Positions 8,930 through 18,677 are shown, counted from the first letter of the stretch. The stretch: DNA of 64,000 nucleotides from Candidatus Omnitrophota bacterium (GCA_043732705.1 JAYTHE010000002.1:127608-191607); one strand, 5' to 3'. Notes: generated from the sequence alone by a model not told the origin. Made by a program: numbers and translations.

Positions 8930-11019
8930 AAATATTACAAATGATTCCCTCGCTTGAGGTGGGCGGCGTGGAACGCGGCGTGATTGATTTAGCGCGCGGT
9001 ATGAAACTACGCGGCCATCAGGCATCGGTGATGTCCTCAGGCGGTGCGCTTGTCGCGGAGTTGAGTAAGATGGGTGTCGCGCATTATCAATTTCCGGTAC
9101 ATAAAAAATCTTTGTCTTCGCTTGCGCTGGTTCCCAAAATTGTTGAGATTATCCGCCGTGAACGCATTGATGCGGTACACGCGCGCAGCCGTATTCCAGG
9201 GTGGCTTGGATGGCTCGCGGCGCGCCGCGCAAATGTTCCGTTTATTACGACTTGTCACGGATATTATTCGACGCATTTATTTTCGACCGTTATGGGCTGG
9301 GGCAAACCGCTGATTGTTCCGTCGAATGTCATTGGCCGGCACATGATCGAAGATTTCGGGACTTCACCCGAGGTTATTCGTTTAATTCCGCGCGGCGTGG
9401 ATTTGAATCAATTTAAATATTCGACAAAACGTTTTGAAAATCCCACGAAACCTTTGCGCATTATTCATGTCGGCCGTTTTACGCCGATCAAAGGCCAGGT
9501 TGAATTTTTAAAAGCAGTACACTTAACGCGCAGCCGTTTTTCCGGTTTTGAAGTTTGGCTTGTAGGTTCCGAAGGCGGCGGGAAAACGAAGTATACTCAA
9601 AAAATACAAGAAACGATCCGCCAGTTGGGATTGGAATCGACGGTTAAATTGCTCGGCTCTTCGCGGGACATTCCGGGCTTGATGGCGGAAGCGGATTTGC
9701 TTGTGATGTCGACAATTGTTCCAGAAGCTTTCGGACGTGTGATTATCGAAGCTGGAGCGGTTGGCGTTCCGGTCATTTCGACGCGTGTCGGCGGTGTCGT
9801 GGATATTATTCAGCACGGTGAAAACGGGCTTCTGGTCAGTCCGGGCAATTTAAATGAAATGGCGGATGCCATGCTTGATCTTTTGACGGATCGAAAAAAG
9901 GCGAAGCTCTTTTCCGAAAAGATGCGTGCCAAAGTTGAAAGCGAATTTACGGTTGAACGCATGGTGGAAAGAACTATCGAAGTTTATAAAGAGATTGATC
10001 CGCAGCAGAGAATTCTTTTAATCAAGCTGGGCGCAGCGGGGGATGTGATTCTTTCCGTGCCAAGCATGCGCATGCTCAAGAAACGTTATCCGAATTGCAA
10101 GTTAACCGTTATGGTTGATAAAAAACTCGGCGGCCTGATCGCGAATACGCCCTATGTCGATGAGGTTGTTTTGATCCAACGTAAAAAATTATCTAATTTG
10201 TTTTATCTTTTAAAAACCGCGAAACGTTTACGCCGTGAGCACTTTGATCTTTCGATTGATTTGCAAAATACGAAATGGACGCATTTGTTAGCATGGCTGG
10301 GCGGCGCTAAATTACGATTCGGATATAAACGCGGGCCGTTTGGCTTTTTTCTGAACCGTCCGGATCCGACTTATGATCAGGCTGCGCCGCCGATTCAGCA
10401 TCAATTCCGTATTCTTTCGAAAGCGGGCGTGACGGAGCTGGATCAAAGCCTTGAGCTAGCATCCAACGCGGAAAGCGACCAGCGTGTTGAAAAGTTTTTT
10501 GAAAAAATCCCGGCGGGGCCGATGACAAAAGTGATCGGATTTGTGGTGGGCTCAAGCCCTGCCTGGCCGACAAAACGCTGGCCTTTGCCTTATTTTGAAG
10601 AATTAGCGGAGCGGTTGTTAGATAAATTTGATACGCGCATTTTATTGATCGGTTCGCCGGATGAGCAGGATATCGCGGAGCTTTTTAACCCCGCGCTTTC
10701 GCCGAATATTCATAATCTGGTGGGGCAAACCCAGCTGGAAGATTTAGTACCGCTGCTTAAGCGCTGCCATGTCCTCGTAACGGGTGATACGGCCCCTTTG
10801 CATGTCGCTTCGGCCGTAGGAACGCCCGTGGTTAGTTTTTTTGGACCGACCAGCCCCGCGCGGCATATGCCGCCGCATGAACAATCTACGGTGCTTGTAA
10901 AAAATTTGCCGTGCCAGCCTTGTTATTCGGGAAAGTGCAAAAACAAAGAGAATTTGGAATGCCTTAAGAAAATTTCTGTTCAAGAAGTTTTTATGGCCTG
11001 TTTGAAATATCTTAAATAA
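8926..11019 (+). CDS. GT4 glycosyltransferase fused to GT9 heptosyltransferase
   Basis: GGVERG, HARSR, EAFGRVIIEA, then GDVIL, KRWP, DTAPLHVA, FGPT. Confidence 0.9.
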   Translation: MKILQMIPSLEVGGVERGVIDLARGMKLRGHQASVMSSGGALVAELSKMGVAHYQFPVHKKSLSSLALVPKIVEIIRRERIDAVHARSRIPGWLGWLAARRANVPFITTCHGYYSTHLFSTVMGWGKPLIVPSNVIGRHMIEDFGTSPEVIRLIPRGVDLNQFKYSTKRFENPTKPLRIIHVGRFTPIKGQVEFLKAVHLTRSRFSGFEVWLVGSEGGGKTKYTQKIQETIRQLGLESTVKLLGSSRDIPGLMAEADLLVMSTIVPEAFGRVIIEAGAVGVPVISTRVGGVVDIIQHGENGLLVSPGNLNEMADAMLDLLTDRKKAKLFSEKMRAKVESEFTVERMVERTIEVYKEIDPQQRILLIKLGAAGDVILSVPSMRMLKKRYPNCKLTVMVDKKLGGLIANTPYVDEVVLIQRKKLSNLFYLLKTAKRLRREHFDLSIDLQNTKWTHLLAWLGGAKLRFGYKRGPFGFFLNRPDPTYDQAAPPIQHQFRILSKAGVTELDQSLELASNAESDQRVEKFFEKIPAGPMTKVIGFVVGSSPAWPTKRWPLPYFEELAERLLDKFDTRILLIGSPDEQDIAELFNPALSPNIHNLVGQTQLEDLVPLLKRCHVLVTGDTAPLHVASAVGTPVVSFFGPTSPARHMPPHEQSTVLVKNLPCQPCYSGKCKNKENLECLKKISVQEVFMACLKYLK

Positions 11020-11026
11020 AAATGAA

Positions 11027-11128
11027 CCCCGTTAGAGGCTTAACTAAGTAAAAACTGTGACAGAATAAAAATGAAGTTTGAAGAATCCTATTTATCAAAA
11101 GATGTAATCAGAGGAGACTCTAACGGGG
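11027..11128 (+). mobile_element. MITE with CCCCGTTAGAG TIRs and TGAA target duplication (copy 2)
   Basis: A-TGAA-CCCCGTTAGAG...CTCTAACGGGG-TGAA-AATA. Confidence 0.9.
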
Positions 11129-12150
11129 TGAAAATAATTGTATTCATGAAAAATTGGGTTGGGGACGCTTTTTTTCAGTTTCCCGCGATCAGATTGATCC
11201 GCGAAAAATATCCCGATGCCCATATTACTTGCATTGCTCCGCCGCGCTGCCGCGAATTACTTGCGGCCAATCCGGATATCTCCGAAGTTTTAGAGTTCGA
11301 CGAAAAGTCCACGCACCGTTCCTGGTTTAAGCGTTTGGCATTTGCTTTCGAGCTTCGTTCAAAGGGTCCGTGGGATGGAGCTTATTTGCTGCATCGTTCA
11401 AAAACACGCGCGATACTTTTGACATTGGCAGGTGTCAAAAAACGTTTTGGTTATGGACAGGGAAGAAGTTTTTGGCTGACACATGCGGTGGATGAGCCCA
11501 AAAGCGGTTTGCATCATGTCGATTATTTTTTGGAGCTTTTGCGCGGCTGTCATTATGTGATACCGAAAAACACGCGTTATGAATTGCCTGTGAATGCTCC
11601 ATCGCTTGAGAAGGCGAATCAGCTGCTTAAGAATTTGAATATTCAAGGCAGCAGTCATTTTGTTTGCTTTCATTTAGGGGCAAATTGGGAACCCAAGCGC
11701 TGGCCGCCGGAACACTTTGCCGCGCTTGCGGACTTGCTGTGTGACGCCTGGAAAATACCTGTTCTTGTCACGGGCGGTGTGAATGACCAGCCTCTGTTTG
11801 ATGCGATGCGGCCGTTCGTGAAGCGTGCCCGGATTTTTCCCTTGATCGGGCAAACTTCTTTGGATGGTTTGGCCGCGCTTTATTCTCAAGCGGCTTTGGT
11901 TGTTTCCGGCGATTCCGGCCCCCTGCATGTCGCGGCCGCGGTTGGCGTGCCTGTAGTAGCCTTGTTCGGCCCGACCAATCCGGCGCTAACCGGCCCGCGC
12001 GGTAAAGGCGACTCGATCGTTTTAAGTTTTGTGCCCGAAGGCTTTTCCGCGCCTTATTTCGGAGATGCAGAGATTGCAAAAACATGGTTAAAACAAATTT
12101 CGCCTCAAGCGGTTTTTGAATCTGTTCAAAAAAAAGGCTGGATCCGATGA
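11071..12150 (+). CDS. GT9 heptosyltransferase (WaaF-like); start ATG 11071 or GTG 11128
   Basis: NWVGDA, KRWPPEHF, DSGPLHVA, LFGPT. Confidence 0.9.
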   Translation: MKFEESYLSKDVIRGDSNGVKIIVFMKNWVGDAFFQFPAIRLIREKYPDAHITCIAPPRCRELLAANPDISEVLEFDEKSTHRSWFKRLAFAFELRSKGPWDGAYLLHRSKTRAILLTLAGVKKRFGYGQGRSFWLTHAVDEPKSGLHHVDYFLELLRGCHYVIPKNTRYELPVNAPSLEKANQLLKNLNIQGSSHFVCFHLGANWEPKRWPPEHFAALADLLCDAWKIPVLVTGGVNDQPLFDAMRPFVKRARIFPLIGQTSLDGLAALYSQAALVVSGDSGPLHVAAAVGVPVVALFGPTNPALTGPRGKGDSIVLSFVPEGFSAPYFGDAEIAKTWLKQISPQAVFESVQKKGWIR

Positions 12151-13151
12151 CCGCTTCGAAAGAAAACCCGCGCAAGATTTTGGTGATTACACTTTCCAAT
12201 TTGGGCGACGTAATTATGACCACGCCCGTGATTATGCGCCTGCGACAGGCTTTTCCACAGTCGGAGATTTCCGTGGTGGTCGGCCCCAAAGCGAAGGGGC
12301 TTCTTAGCCCAAGCCAAAATATCCGTGAAGTAATTGTTTATGACAAGCGGGCGAAATTAAACGACAAAAAACAATTTATTCTTAATTTAAGAAAGCAAAA
12401 TTGGGATTGGGTTGTGGATTTGCGGCATACCGCCATTCCTATTTTGGTTAAAAACGGCAAGAGCAGCCCGATGCTTTTACGGCGGCATCGTAAAAAAATG
12501 AAACGCGAAGCGCATCTCGAGGTTTTAGAGTGGATGGGGTTGACGCATCAAGACACGCGCCCTTTTGATTTTTTTCAAGAGACAGATGTTGTTGCGATGC
12601 TTGCGAAATTTCAAACACTCGGAATATCCGAAAAAGAAGGCTGGATTGTGATCGCGCCCGGGGCTGCGAGTGAACGAAAGCGCTGGAGTTCAAAATTATT
12701 TCGTGAATTGGCCGAAAAACTCGCTCAAAAAACAGGGAAAACGATTTTACTTGCGGGCTCGCCCGAAGAAAAAAATATCGCCGAAAAGGTTTTGCAGGGA
12801 CTTTCCGCGAGAGCTTTTGTCGTTTGCGGAAAAACAAATTTAGCAGAAAGCGCGGCGATGATCGCGCGCGCTTCGCTTGTAGTGGCCAATGACAGCGCCA
12901 TGATGCATCTTGGTTTTGAACTTGGAATTCCGACCGTGGGTGTTTTTGGCCCTACGAATCATGAGCAGTACGGCCATCAAGGTTTAAAATTTCGAATTGC
13001 CGCCGCCGACCCCAAGCTTTGCCAATGCAATGATCATTTGAAACCCAAACCCGAGCGTTCCTGCTTTCACGGTTTGACCACAGAACAAGTTTTTAAATTA
13101 AGCGAACAGCTTCTTGCGGGAAGCAGCGAGCATGAAGTTGATAACGAATGA
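12147..13151 (+). CDS. GT9 glycosyltransferase
   Basis: SNLGDVI, KRWS, NDSAMMH, FGPT. Confidence 0.9.
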   Translation: MTASKENPRKILVITLSNLGDVIMTTPVIMRLRQAFPQSEISVVVGPKAKGLLSPSQNIREVIVYDKRAKLNDKKQFILNLRKQNWDWVVDLRHTAIPILVKNGKSSPMLLRRHRKKMKREAHLEVLEWMGLTHQDTRPFDFFQETDVVAMLAKFQTLGISEKEGWIVIAPGAASERKRWSSKLFRELAEKLAQKTGKTILLAGSPEEKNIAEKVLQGLSARAFVVCGKTNLAESAAMIARASLVVANDSAMMHLGFELGIPTVGVFGPTNHEQYGHQGLKFRIAAADPKLCQCNDHLKPKPERSCFHGLTTEQVFKLSEQLLAGSSEHEVDNE

Positions 13152-14245
13152 AAACCAAACTGCCTGATAATCCGCGCATTCTGATTACTCGCACCGACCG
13201 CATCGGCGACCTTGTCATTAGTACAACTGTTTTTCAGATTCTGCGTAAAAGATTTCCTGGTGCGCATTTGGCCGTATGTGTTTTTCGTGAACATCGTGAG
13301 TTAGTGCAGGGTAATCCTTTTTTAGATGAGGTGCTGCTTTATGAGAAAGCAGGCCATGAGAAGGGCTTGTGGGGTCAATTTTGTTTTGCACAGGAAATTC
13401 GAAAAAAAAAGTTTGATGCCGTGATTCATTTGCATGCTACCAACCGTATGCATCTTATGGGGTGGCTGGCCGGAATTCCGGTTCGCGTGGGCTACGACCG
13501 GCGTGCGCCATGGGCGTTGACGGAGATTCATCCATATGACAAAAGTGAGGGGAAAAAGCATGAGTCTGAGTACCTGTCATATTTGTGCTCTGAGGTTTCA
13601 CCTCAACCGCAGAAACTGGTTCGAAGTGAAAATGTAAACTTACCGTTTGTGCCGGTTTCGGCGGGGATGCGGATTTCGATTGGAAATTTGCTGCAGCATT
13701 ATAAGATTTTTGCAGATGAAAGCTTTGCGGTGATTCATCCTTCAGCGAGTGATGTGACGAAGATGTGGCCCGCTGAAAAATTTTCGCAGCTTATTTTCGC
13801 TCTGGGCTCCGCCCAACCGCATGGTTCAAATATAGCGGGGTCTTCAGGCGGATTTCGCTGGATTGCTGTCGGCGGAAAGGAAGCGTCCGCACAGGCGCAG
13901 AAAATTCGGGAACTCTCAGGAGTTTCTCTTATTGATCTTTGCGGAAAATTGTCATTGGGAATGCTCGCGGCGCTTTTCGAAAAAGCACAAATCGTCATTT
14001 CGAATGATTCGGGTCCCGCGCATATTGCGGCGGCCGTTGGAACGCCCACGGTTTCTATTTTTGGCCGCTGGCAACCGGGATTGAATGCGGAGCGTTGGCG
14101 GCCATTGGGGGAAAAAGTCGCGATCGTCACGCCGCACATTGAAAACATTCATGCGGCACAAAGAAAATTTACTTATATTGAAGAAATCAAAGTTGCGGAT
14201 GTTTTAAAGGCGGCTGAATCGATTCTACCAGGAGTACGGGCTTGA
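13148..14245 (+). CDS. GT9 glycosyltransferase carrying two mini-hairpin insertions
   Basis: DRIGDLV, KMWP, NDSGPAHIA. Confidence 0.9.
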   Translation: MKTKLPDNPRILITRTDRIGDLVISTTVFQILRKRFPGAHLAVCVFREHRELVQGNPFLDEVLLYEKAGHEKGLWGQFCFAQEIRKKKFDAVIHLHATNRMHLMGWLAGIPVRVGYDRRAPWALTEIHPYDKSEGKKHESEYLSYLCSEVSPQPQKLVRSENVNLPFVPVSAGMRISIGNLLQHYKIFADESFAVIHPSASDVTKMWPAEKFSQLIFALGSAQPHGSNIAGSSGGFRWIAVGGKEASAQAQKIRELSGVSLIDLCGKLSLGMLAALFEKAQIVISNDSGPAHIAAAVGTPTVSIFGRWQPGLNAERWRPLGEKVAIVTPHIENIHAAQRKFTYIEEIKVADVLKAAESILPGVRA

Positions 14246-15300
14246 TTCGCCGTGTCCTTGTCGTTCAGCCTTACGGTATCGGGGATCTTCTTTTTATTAC
14301 GCCAGTTTTGCGCGCGTTAAGATTGATTCCCACGGTTGAGCGCGTGGATATTTTGATTGGATCGCGTACGCGCGCGGTAATTCAGGCGAATCCCCATGTT
14401 GATGACGTTTATGTGATTGATAAAGATAAAATGCATCAAAATTCTTCCCGTGAAAATTTTTCTTTTTTGAAAGAATTGGGAACGAGCCTTAAAAAACACC
14501 GCTATGATTTACTGCTCGATTATTCGATTCGCGGTGAATACGCTTTTTGGAGCCGCTTCTTTTTAGGAGTTCCTAAACGCGCGGGTTATGCCTATAAAAA
14601 ACGCGCCTTTTTTCATAACATTCGCGTGCCGATTCCCGAAGGTTTTTACGGCAAACATGTGGTTGATTTTGCCTGTGACTTGGCTGAAAAAGCTGGTGTG
14701 CCGGTCCAAGAACGGTTTGTTGAATTCTTTTTTTCAGATAATCAGCAGAAAACGCTTGAGTTGGTATTAAGCCTGCGATTGCCCCAAAATTATTTGACGC
14801 TCAGCCTGGGCGGCGGGGAATCTTGGGGAAAAGACGCGCATTTAAAGCGCTGGAGCGTGGAAAAATTTGCGCAATTAGCCCAACACCTTTTAGACAAAAA
14901 GACAGCTCAAAAAATAGTTTTAATCGGCAGTGCGGGTGAAAAAGAACTTGCCGCGGAGTTTCTAAAGTTGGGTGTGCCTGCCGAAGATTGGACAGGAAAA
15001 CTTTCGATTACTGAAACCGCGTGGGTGATTAAAAAATCGAAGCTCTTTCTCGGCAATGACGGCGGACTTTTACATTTAGCGCGCGCGGTATTTAAACCCG
15101 TTATCGGGATTTACGGCCCTGCCGGTCCGCGTGAATATGGACCTTATCCGGCGGGCGAAGGATCGCTTGCCATATTTAAAATTTCAGATGATGACAAACC
15201 GCGTTATTATAAATTTCGATATGACAAAAATGACCGCAGTTTGCAGGATTTGAGCGTTGAGGATGCAGTTAAGATGGTCGAGTCCAGCGGCGTTATTTAA
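14242..15300 (+). CDS. GT9 glycosyltransferase
   Basis: GIGDLL, KRWS, NDGGLLH, YGP; TTG start overlapping upstream stop. Confidence 0.9.
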   Translation: MIRRVLVVQPYGIGDLLFITPVLRALRLIPTVERVDILIGSRTRAVIQANPHVDDVYVIDKDKMHQNSSRENFSFLKELGTSLKKHRYDLLLDYSIRGEYAFWSRFFLGVPKRAGYAYKKRAFFHNIRVPIPEGFYGKHVVDFACDLAEKAGVPVQERFVEFFFSDNQQKTLELVLSLRLPQNYLTLSLGGGESWGKDAHLKRWSVEKFAQLAQHLLDKKTAQKIVLIGSAGEKELAAEFLKLGVPAEDWTGKLSITETAWVIKKSKLFLGNDGGLLHLARAVFKPVIGIYGPAGPREYGPYPAGEGSLAIFKISDDDKPRYYKFRYDKNDRSLQDLSVEDAVKMVESSGVI

Positions 15301-15422
15301 AATTTCTCAAAAAATTACTTTGCTGCGTGATGGAAAATGAGCCTTTTCGAGGGGCTGCTTTTGTTGCCTTGAAAAGCATTGTGAAAGCTCCTATGATACG
15401 CACTCCGCTAGGTCTTTATTTC

Positions 15423-15504
15423 GCCCTGGTGCTGAAACTGGCAGACAGGCACGTCTCAGAAGCGTGTGCCGCAAGGCGTGGAGGTTCAAGTCCTCTCCAG
15501 GGCA
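15423..15504 (+). tRNA. tRNA-Leu(CAG), CCA not encoded
   Basis: Acceptor GCCCTGG/CCAGGGC, anticodon arm CACGT-CTCAGAA-GCGTG, long variable arm, GGTTCAAGTCC T-arm. Confidence 0.95.
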
Positions 15505-15525
15505 TTAAAAAAAGGATTAAATCAG

Positions 15526-16263
15526 ATGGATAAGAGTTGGAAATACCCGCTTTTTTTTATTTTCGGACTGTTGCTTTGCTTCTCTTTTGTTTCCATGGCA
15601 AAAATTGTCGCCAATGCCGCAATCTCAATTAAACAAAAAGGTACGGTTCAGGTCAAAGGTTTTGCGACCCAGCAAATCACTTCCAATCTCGGGATTTTTG
15701 AAGCACGAATTCAATCCTCAAACGCAGATTTGAAACTGGCTTATGATCAGCTCGCAGCGGATAAAATCAAAGTGACGGCATTTTTGAAAAAGAATAATGT
15801 GGAAGAATCCATTGTAGGCTGGAGCGCCGTCAATATCGAAGAAAAATATGTGGTGAATGAAAGCGGCCATACGCTCAACCAAATTTATGAATATGTTTTG
15901 ACGCAGTCTTTTGAATTTCAAACTTCGAATGTGGCGCAAGTGCAGATGCTTTCGGCGGCGATCTCCGAGCTTTTAAAAGATGGCGTGCGACTCACAACGT
16001 ACACACCGGTTTATCTCTATACTGATTTGGAAAATCTGAAAGTTGAAATGATCGGCAATGCCACGGAAAACGCGAAAAAGCGTGCGAAAATTATCTCGGA
16101 TAAAGGCAAGTTTAAACTCGGAAATATTTCTCAGGTGCGCGTGGGTGTTTTTCAAATTACGCCGCTTAATTCCAATGATGTTTCGGACTATGGCGTGAAC
16201 GATACCACAACCATTCAAAAAGAAATTAAATGCGTTGTAGATATTGATTACTTCGTCAAATAA
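15526..16263 (+). CDS. SIMPL domain protein
   Basis: VQVKG, ATENAKKRA, GVFQITP, DYGVNDTTT; start moved downstream of the tRNA. Confidence 0.85.
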   Translation: MDKSWKYPLFFIFGLLLCFSFVSMAKIVANAAISIKQKGTVQVKGFATQQITSNLGIFEARIQSSNADLKLAYDQLAADKIKVTAFLKKNNVEESIVGWSAVNIEEKYVVNESGHTLNQIYEYVLTQSFEFQTSNVAQVQMLSAAISELLKDGVRLTTYTPVYLYTDLENLKVEMIGNATENAKKRAKIISDKGKFKLGNISQVRVGVFQITPLNSNDVSDYGVNDTTTIQKEIKCVVDIDYFVK

Positions 16264-16266
16264 AAC

Positions 16267-16340
16267 AGCCCGGTGGCCCGAGGCCTGAGGCACGAGGGTT
16301 CTGAGGGGCTAAGTGCTCTCGGGGCTCCGACCTCCGGGCT
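16267..16340. repeat. GC-rich hairpin element related to 41403-41438
   Basis: AGCCCGG/CCGGGCT ends; CCGACCTCCGGG is the reverse complement of CCCGGAGGTCGG at 41407. Confidence 0.6.
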
Positions 16341-16348
16341 AAATCAAA

Positions 16349-16558
16349 ATGGCAAAAATACTAATCATTCTCGGAACCGTTTTAATTGCTGCCGGCGTTC
16401 TTTGGCACTTCGGTCTTTTGAAATGGGTTGGGCGTTTACCCGGCGATATTCGCATTGAGCGTGAAAATTTCAAGTTTTACTTTCCCTTAGCCAGCTGCAT
16501 CCTGGCCAGTCTGGCATGGTTGGTCATTTCCCGGCTTATTCATTGGTTTCAAAGGTAG
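16349..16558 (+). CDS. DUF2905 family protein
   Basis: GRLPGDI..ENFKFYFPLASCI. Confidence 0.9.
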   Translation: MAKILIILGTVLIAAGVLWHFGLLKWVGRLPGDIRIERENFKFYFPLASCILASLAWLVISRLIHWFQR

Positions 16559-16648
16559 GCCTTTCTATTCTTAGCAGTTGGGTTTAACCCCCAATTTGGC
16601 TATAATGTGCGCGTTCTTATCAACTTTTAACGGGGGTAATCGGACCTT

Positions 16649-17440
16649 ATGCAAAAGCGTTTTTTAAATTTATTTGTAGGTCTTTTTTGTGTTCTTGTGC
16701 TGGCCGGCTGCAACGAAGAAGCAAAGTTGCAAAAAGCAACTCCGAAAGAAGCGGATGCTCTTGCCCGGGCATTTATTAGCGCGCTCAATAAGAAAAACAC
16801 GGATACCGCGGAAAAATTAATTGAGCCGACGATTCGCACGGAGGCCAAAGAAAAACTAAAAAGTTTGGTCAGCCTTTTGAGTGTCAGCGAACCGAAGCAA
16901 ATCAAAATTATCGGTGTCCGCGGACAGAAAAAAGAAGACCAAAAGCTTTATCAGCTCAGCTATCAAATTTACTTTGAAAAAAGCTGGGTTGTGGCTTCAA
17001 TCGCCATCGTTGAAACTGCCAAAGAGCGTTATATTTTCAGCGTGCGCATGGACCCTCTGAGAGCGCCGCTTGAAGAGCTTTACGCCTTTAAGTTTTCAGG
17101 GAAATCGATCGTGCACTACATCACGCTTTTGTTTTTTATTCTTATACCGGTTTTTATCCTGTTGATGCTGATTCAATGCATCAAATTGCCGGGCAAGAAG
17201 AAGTGGATCTGGGTGCCGTTTATTCTTTTGGGATTTGTCACTTTTCATTTGGATTGGACGACGGGACGCGCTTTTTTACAGCTTATTTCAGTGCTCTTTT
17301 TTGGCGTCTTCTTTATGAAACAAAAATACGGCCCATTGATCCTTTCGGTAAGTTTGCCGATCGGGGCGATCGCGTTTTTTATTGTTTCGCTCATTAAAAA
17401 TTCCAAGCCCAAGTCTTTTTCTCTCCCGACTGCCGGTTAA
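16649..17440 (+). CDS. hypothetical lipoprotein with C-terminal TM helices
   Basis: LAGC lipobox; about four hydrophobic segments. Confidence 0.75.
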   Translation: MQKRFLNLFVGLFCVLVLAGCNEEAKLQKATPKEADALARAFISALNKKNTDTAEKLIEPTIRTEAKEKLKSLVSLLSVSEPKQIKIIGVRGQKKEDQKLYQLSYQIYFEKSWVVASIAIVETAKERYIFSVRMDPLRAPLEELYAFKFSGKSIVHYITLLFFILIPVFILLMLIQCIKLPGKKKWIWVPFILLGFVTFHLDWTTGRAFLQLISVLFFGVFFMKQKYGPLILSVSLPIGAIAFFIVSLIKNSKPKSFSLPTAG

Positions 17441-17456
17441 AATTGGGCCGCAGATT

Positions 17457-18611
17457 GTGAATCAAACCGTTTCACAATCTGCGGCAATCTCCCGCGGTCT
17501 CTACGTTCATATCCCATTTTGTCTTAAGAAATGCCATTACTGCGACTTTGTTATTACAACTCAACGTGCTCCCGCGGATCGTGCCAAGTTTTTAGACACG
17601 CTTCAAGCTGAAATTGAGCATGCTGCCCAAAAGTACGGCCGCTTAAAATTTAATACACTTTATCTCGGCGGGGGGACTCCTTCTTCGCTTGAACCGGAAG
17701 AATTTATTGCTGTTTTCATGATGCTTCAAAAAAGTTTTGATTTTGAGGATGGTTTTGAGTTTACGGTTGAAGTCAATCCGGGTGATATCAATGACGAAAA
17801 AATACAAGCTTACAGGCAGGCGGGGGTGAACCGCGTCAGCTTAGGTGTGCAGGCCTTTCAGGCGCATCTTTTAAAGGATATGAACCGGCCGCATGGGACG
17901 CATGAGGTTGTGCAAACGGTTCAGAAACTGCGCCAGGCCGGCCTTACAAATATCAGCATGGACATGATTGTCTATTTACCCGGCCAAACCGTGAAAGATG
18001 TCGCGGAAACACTGCAAAAGCTTTTGGAACTTGAACCCAATCAAATTTCAGTCTATGACCTGGATGTGCATGAAAAGACGGCTTATGGGCAGCGCCGCAG
18101 GGAAGGCAGGCTGCATTTGCCGTCGGAAGAAGAGCATGCCCAAATGTCAGAAATGCTGATCCGTGTTTTGGAAAGCGCCGGTTTAAGCCACTATGAATTG
18201 TCTAATTTTGCCAAGCCGGGCTGGGAATCTAGGCATAATCTCATTTATTGGCATAATCAGCCTTATTTGGGGCTGGGGCCAGGAGCTTTCTCTTATTTAG
18301 ACGGTATGCGCTATCAGTTTGCAAATTCCGTTGAAAGTTATATCCGCAAAGCGCTTGCCGGCGATTGGCAAAATGAAACGGAAGACCTTCTGACGCCCTT
18401 TGAAGTTGAAAAAGAAAATTTGCTAACCGGTTTACGGCTGAAAGAAGGCTTTGATTTGCGGCGGCTGCGAATTTCAAAAGAGGCTTTTGAAAAAACAGCT
18501 GAAATTTATATCCAAGAAGGTTTCTTGGAAAAGGATGGTTTTCGGTTAAAATTAACTCCGAAAGGCAAGCCGGTCGCGGAAATTATTTTAAAAAATATGG
18601 CGCAGGTCTGA
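17457..18611 (+). CDS. hemW: radical SAM heme chaperone HemW (HemN-like)
   Basis: YVHIPFCLKKCHYCDF, GGGTPS, YELSNF, HNLIYW. Confidence 0.9.
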   Translation: MNQTVSQSAAISRGLYVHIPFCLKKCHYCDFVITTQRAPADRAKFLDTLQAEIEHAAQKYGRLKFNTLYLGGGTPSSLEPEEFIAVFMMLQKSFDFEDGFEFTVEVNPGDINDEKIQAYRQAGVNRVSLGVQAFQAHLLKDMNRPHGTHEVVQTVQKLRQAGLTNISMDMIVYLPGQTVKDVAETLQKLLELEPNQISVYDLDVHEKTAYGQRRREGRLHLPSEEEHAQMSEMLIRVLESAGLSHYELSNFAKPGWESRHNLIYWHNQPYLGLGPGAFSYLDGMRYQFANSVESYIRKALAGDWQNETEDLLTPFEVEKENLLTGLRLKEGFDLRRLRISKEAFEKTAEIYIQEGFLEKDGFRLKLTPKGKPVAEIILKNMAQV

Positions 18612-18612
18612 T

Positions 18613-18677
18613 TTAATTTTTCAGTGCTCGAACAGTTAAATTTGCGATGCTTGATAAAACTCGCATCGCGAGTGCGG
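18613..18677 (+). repeat. minimal copy of CTCRRRCAG..AACTCG element (family V)
   Basis: TAATT..GTG-CTCGAACAG..AACTCG-CAT-CGCGAGTGCG. Confidence 0.55.

Noticed and set aside
15327-15533. 68-aa ORF and the extended SIMPL start at 15466
   Set aside because: Both overlap tRNA-Leu.
15423-17440. Genomic island integrated at tRNA-Leu
   Set aside because: No integrase nearby and no duplicated tRNA 3' end found; the recombinase at 3406 looks like housekeeping XerC.
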